Positions 34,555 through 35,783 of a stretch of DNA of 35,783 nt are shown piece by piece; position 1 is the first letter of the stretch; each line of letters starts with the position of its first letter. The position numbers and the translations under genes were made by a program. Where the stretch lies: positions 1 through 35,783 of IMG/VR virus record IMGVR_UViG_3300002986_000008. The stretch is one strand, 5' to 3'. The DNA comes from a virus (taxonomy: Duplodnaviria; Caudoviricetes). The notes below the pieces were generated by a model. That model ran no database searches, had not been told where the DNA came from, and saw only the letters and a list, made by a program, of their open reading frames with translations.

Positions 34555-35783
34555 ATGGCTAAATTCAATTTTGGGCAGGTAAATGGGAAGAAGTTTGAAC
34601 CTACTTCGTGGGTAGCTGATGAAAACGCATGGAAGGGAACGGATATAACCCCTATGGCTGACCCTCAACCTCTGCCGGCGGCAAATTCAACATGGGATCA
34701 AATTAAGAAGTTCGACTTCAAGGGAATAGCAAACGACATAGCGCCCGGTGGTTTTCTCCACGACACCGGGATAGGGTTATCGCATTGGCTAGCTGAGCAC
34801 GGAACAGGGCAACAAAATAGGGGTATGGCAAACACCTTCGCGGATAAGCCTGGCGCGTTGCAACCCTTCTTCCAACAGCAACAAGCAAATCAAAATAAAG
34901 AAGATAGCTATTTAAAAGCAAACCCTGTTAATTCAATCGCTGGTCAGTTTGGGCAACAACTCCCAACCCTTCCATTGTGGGCAATGGGTGAAGGGGCAGT
35001 CGGTCTTATGGGCAAAGGTCTAACTAAATCTTTCCCTTCCCTCCTTCCTATGGCCGAAAAGGCAGGAAATCTATTGCCGGGGTTCATAAAGGGTGGATTA
35101 AAAGATGCTGCCACATATGCCTCAGTAGTAGCCCCTACTGAAAATATTCAGCAAGGAGGGAACCTGCAATCTCTTCTTGATAAGGAAAGACAGATCCCCG
35201 GCGTATTTCTCGGAGGAGCAGGACTAAGGGGGGTCGGCGCATTAGGCGGCAAGGGTATAAACGCGGCTAAGAGCGTGTTTAGTCCTCGTGGTGTACCATC
35301 ATCACCGATTAGACAAACACCCCTTGATATGGCACCTGTGAGACCTATGGAACCCATTGCAACAACACCGCAACAAGTCAACAACCCGGCTATGGGTGGT
35401 CCATTGAACAGGTTTGAAGTCCGGGCTGATACGAGGAACCCAGGGACAGCAATACCAGGGAGTTCTCCAAGTCCTGTAAATCCTATGAGCGAATTGCCTA
35501 GGCAGCAGGGAATAACAACACCACAGCAACCCAACATAAGGGGGGCGAAGGTAGTCAACGAAAGACAGTTCGCCCAAAACGTGCGCGATAGTCAAGTCGC
35601 ACCTGAAAACGTAAAGCAGAACACTTTAGATAATCAAATGACCTATGAGCCGATAACGAATAAAGAAACTCTCAATAAGGCGAATGCGATAGTTAGTTCT
35701 GACTCAGTTAAAGCGAGAGAGCTATTTGATGCTCCATCAAAAGGGATTAGTGCCGATGATGTGGCATTAGGGGAATCCTTAAT
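34555..35783 (+). CDS. Large internal virion/ejection protein, 3' truncated by window
   Basis: ATG 34555 after AAGGAG; frame open to window end (MAKFNFGQVNGKKF...); Gly/Ala- then Pro-rich. Confidence 0.7.
   Translation, partial: MAKFNFGQVNGKKFEPTSWVADENAWKGTDITPMADPQPLPAANSTWDQIKKFDFKGIANDIAPGGFLHDTGIGLSHWLAEHGTGQQNRGMANTFADKPGALQPFFQQQQANQNKEDSYLKANPVNSIAGQFGQQLPTLPLWAMGEGAVGLMGKGLTKSFPSLLPMAEKAGNLLPGFIKGGLKDAATYASVVAPTENIQQGGNLQSLLDKERQIPGVFLGGAGLRGVGALGGKGINAAKSVFSPRGVPSSPIRQTPLDMAPVRPMEPIATTPQQVNNPAMGGPLNRFEVRADTRNPGTAIPGSSPSPVNPMSELPRQQGITTPQQPNIRGAKVVNERQFAQNVRDSQVAPENVKQNTLDNQMTYEPITNKETLNKANAIVSSDSVKARELFDAPSKGISADDVALGESL

Noticed and set aside
34718-35595. Minus-strand ORFs at window end, and similar antisense ORFs throughout the track
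   Set aside because: Shadows of well-supported plus-strand genes; here the open plus frame from 34555 runs off the window

Overview
A 35.8-kb segment of a temperate, podovirus-like tailed phage of a Firmicutes host, probably Clostridia. The host call is an inference from sigma-A promoters, GGAGG ribosome-binding sites (RBS), a Cheo-type LexA box and an AbrB homologue. Gene order: lysis (holin-like, Amidase_2 endolysin, holin); accessory and leftward operon; cI/cro switch; recombination (Gam-like, ERF, SSB); replication initiator with iterons; DNA metabolism (Hjc-like resolvase, dCTP deaminase); ArpU/RinA; terS, HNH, terL; portal, Prp-like protease, scaffold, capsid; fibre/depolymerase, adaptor, nozzle; ejection-type proteins running off the right end. 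No integrase, tape measure or tail-tube gene is recognisable. Three features stand out. (1) terL carries a 6-nt, stop-containing insertion inside its Walker A motif (YGG-S-TAG-ARGGGKS), directly downstream of an HNH endonuclease with its own promoter, resembling the T4 mobA/gene 60 bypass cassette. (2) Where an integrase is expected there is a ~650-nt structured non-coding leader with a ~75-nt antisense RNA and DnaA-box-like sites, in an operon ending in a pSK1-Par/TubY-like gene, a candidate Rep-less plasmid-prophage replicon. (3) After terL lies a tRNA-within-a-tRNA-like RNA with no anticodon. All calls were made by eye; no searches or folding programs were run.
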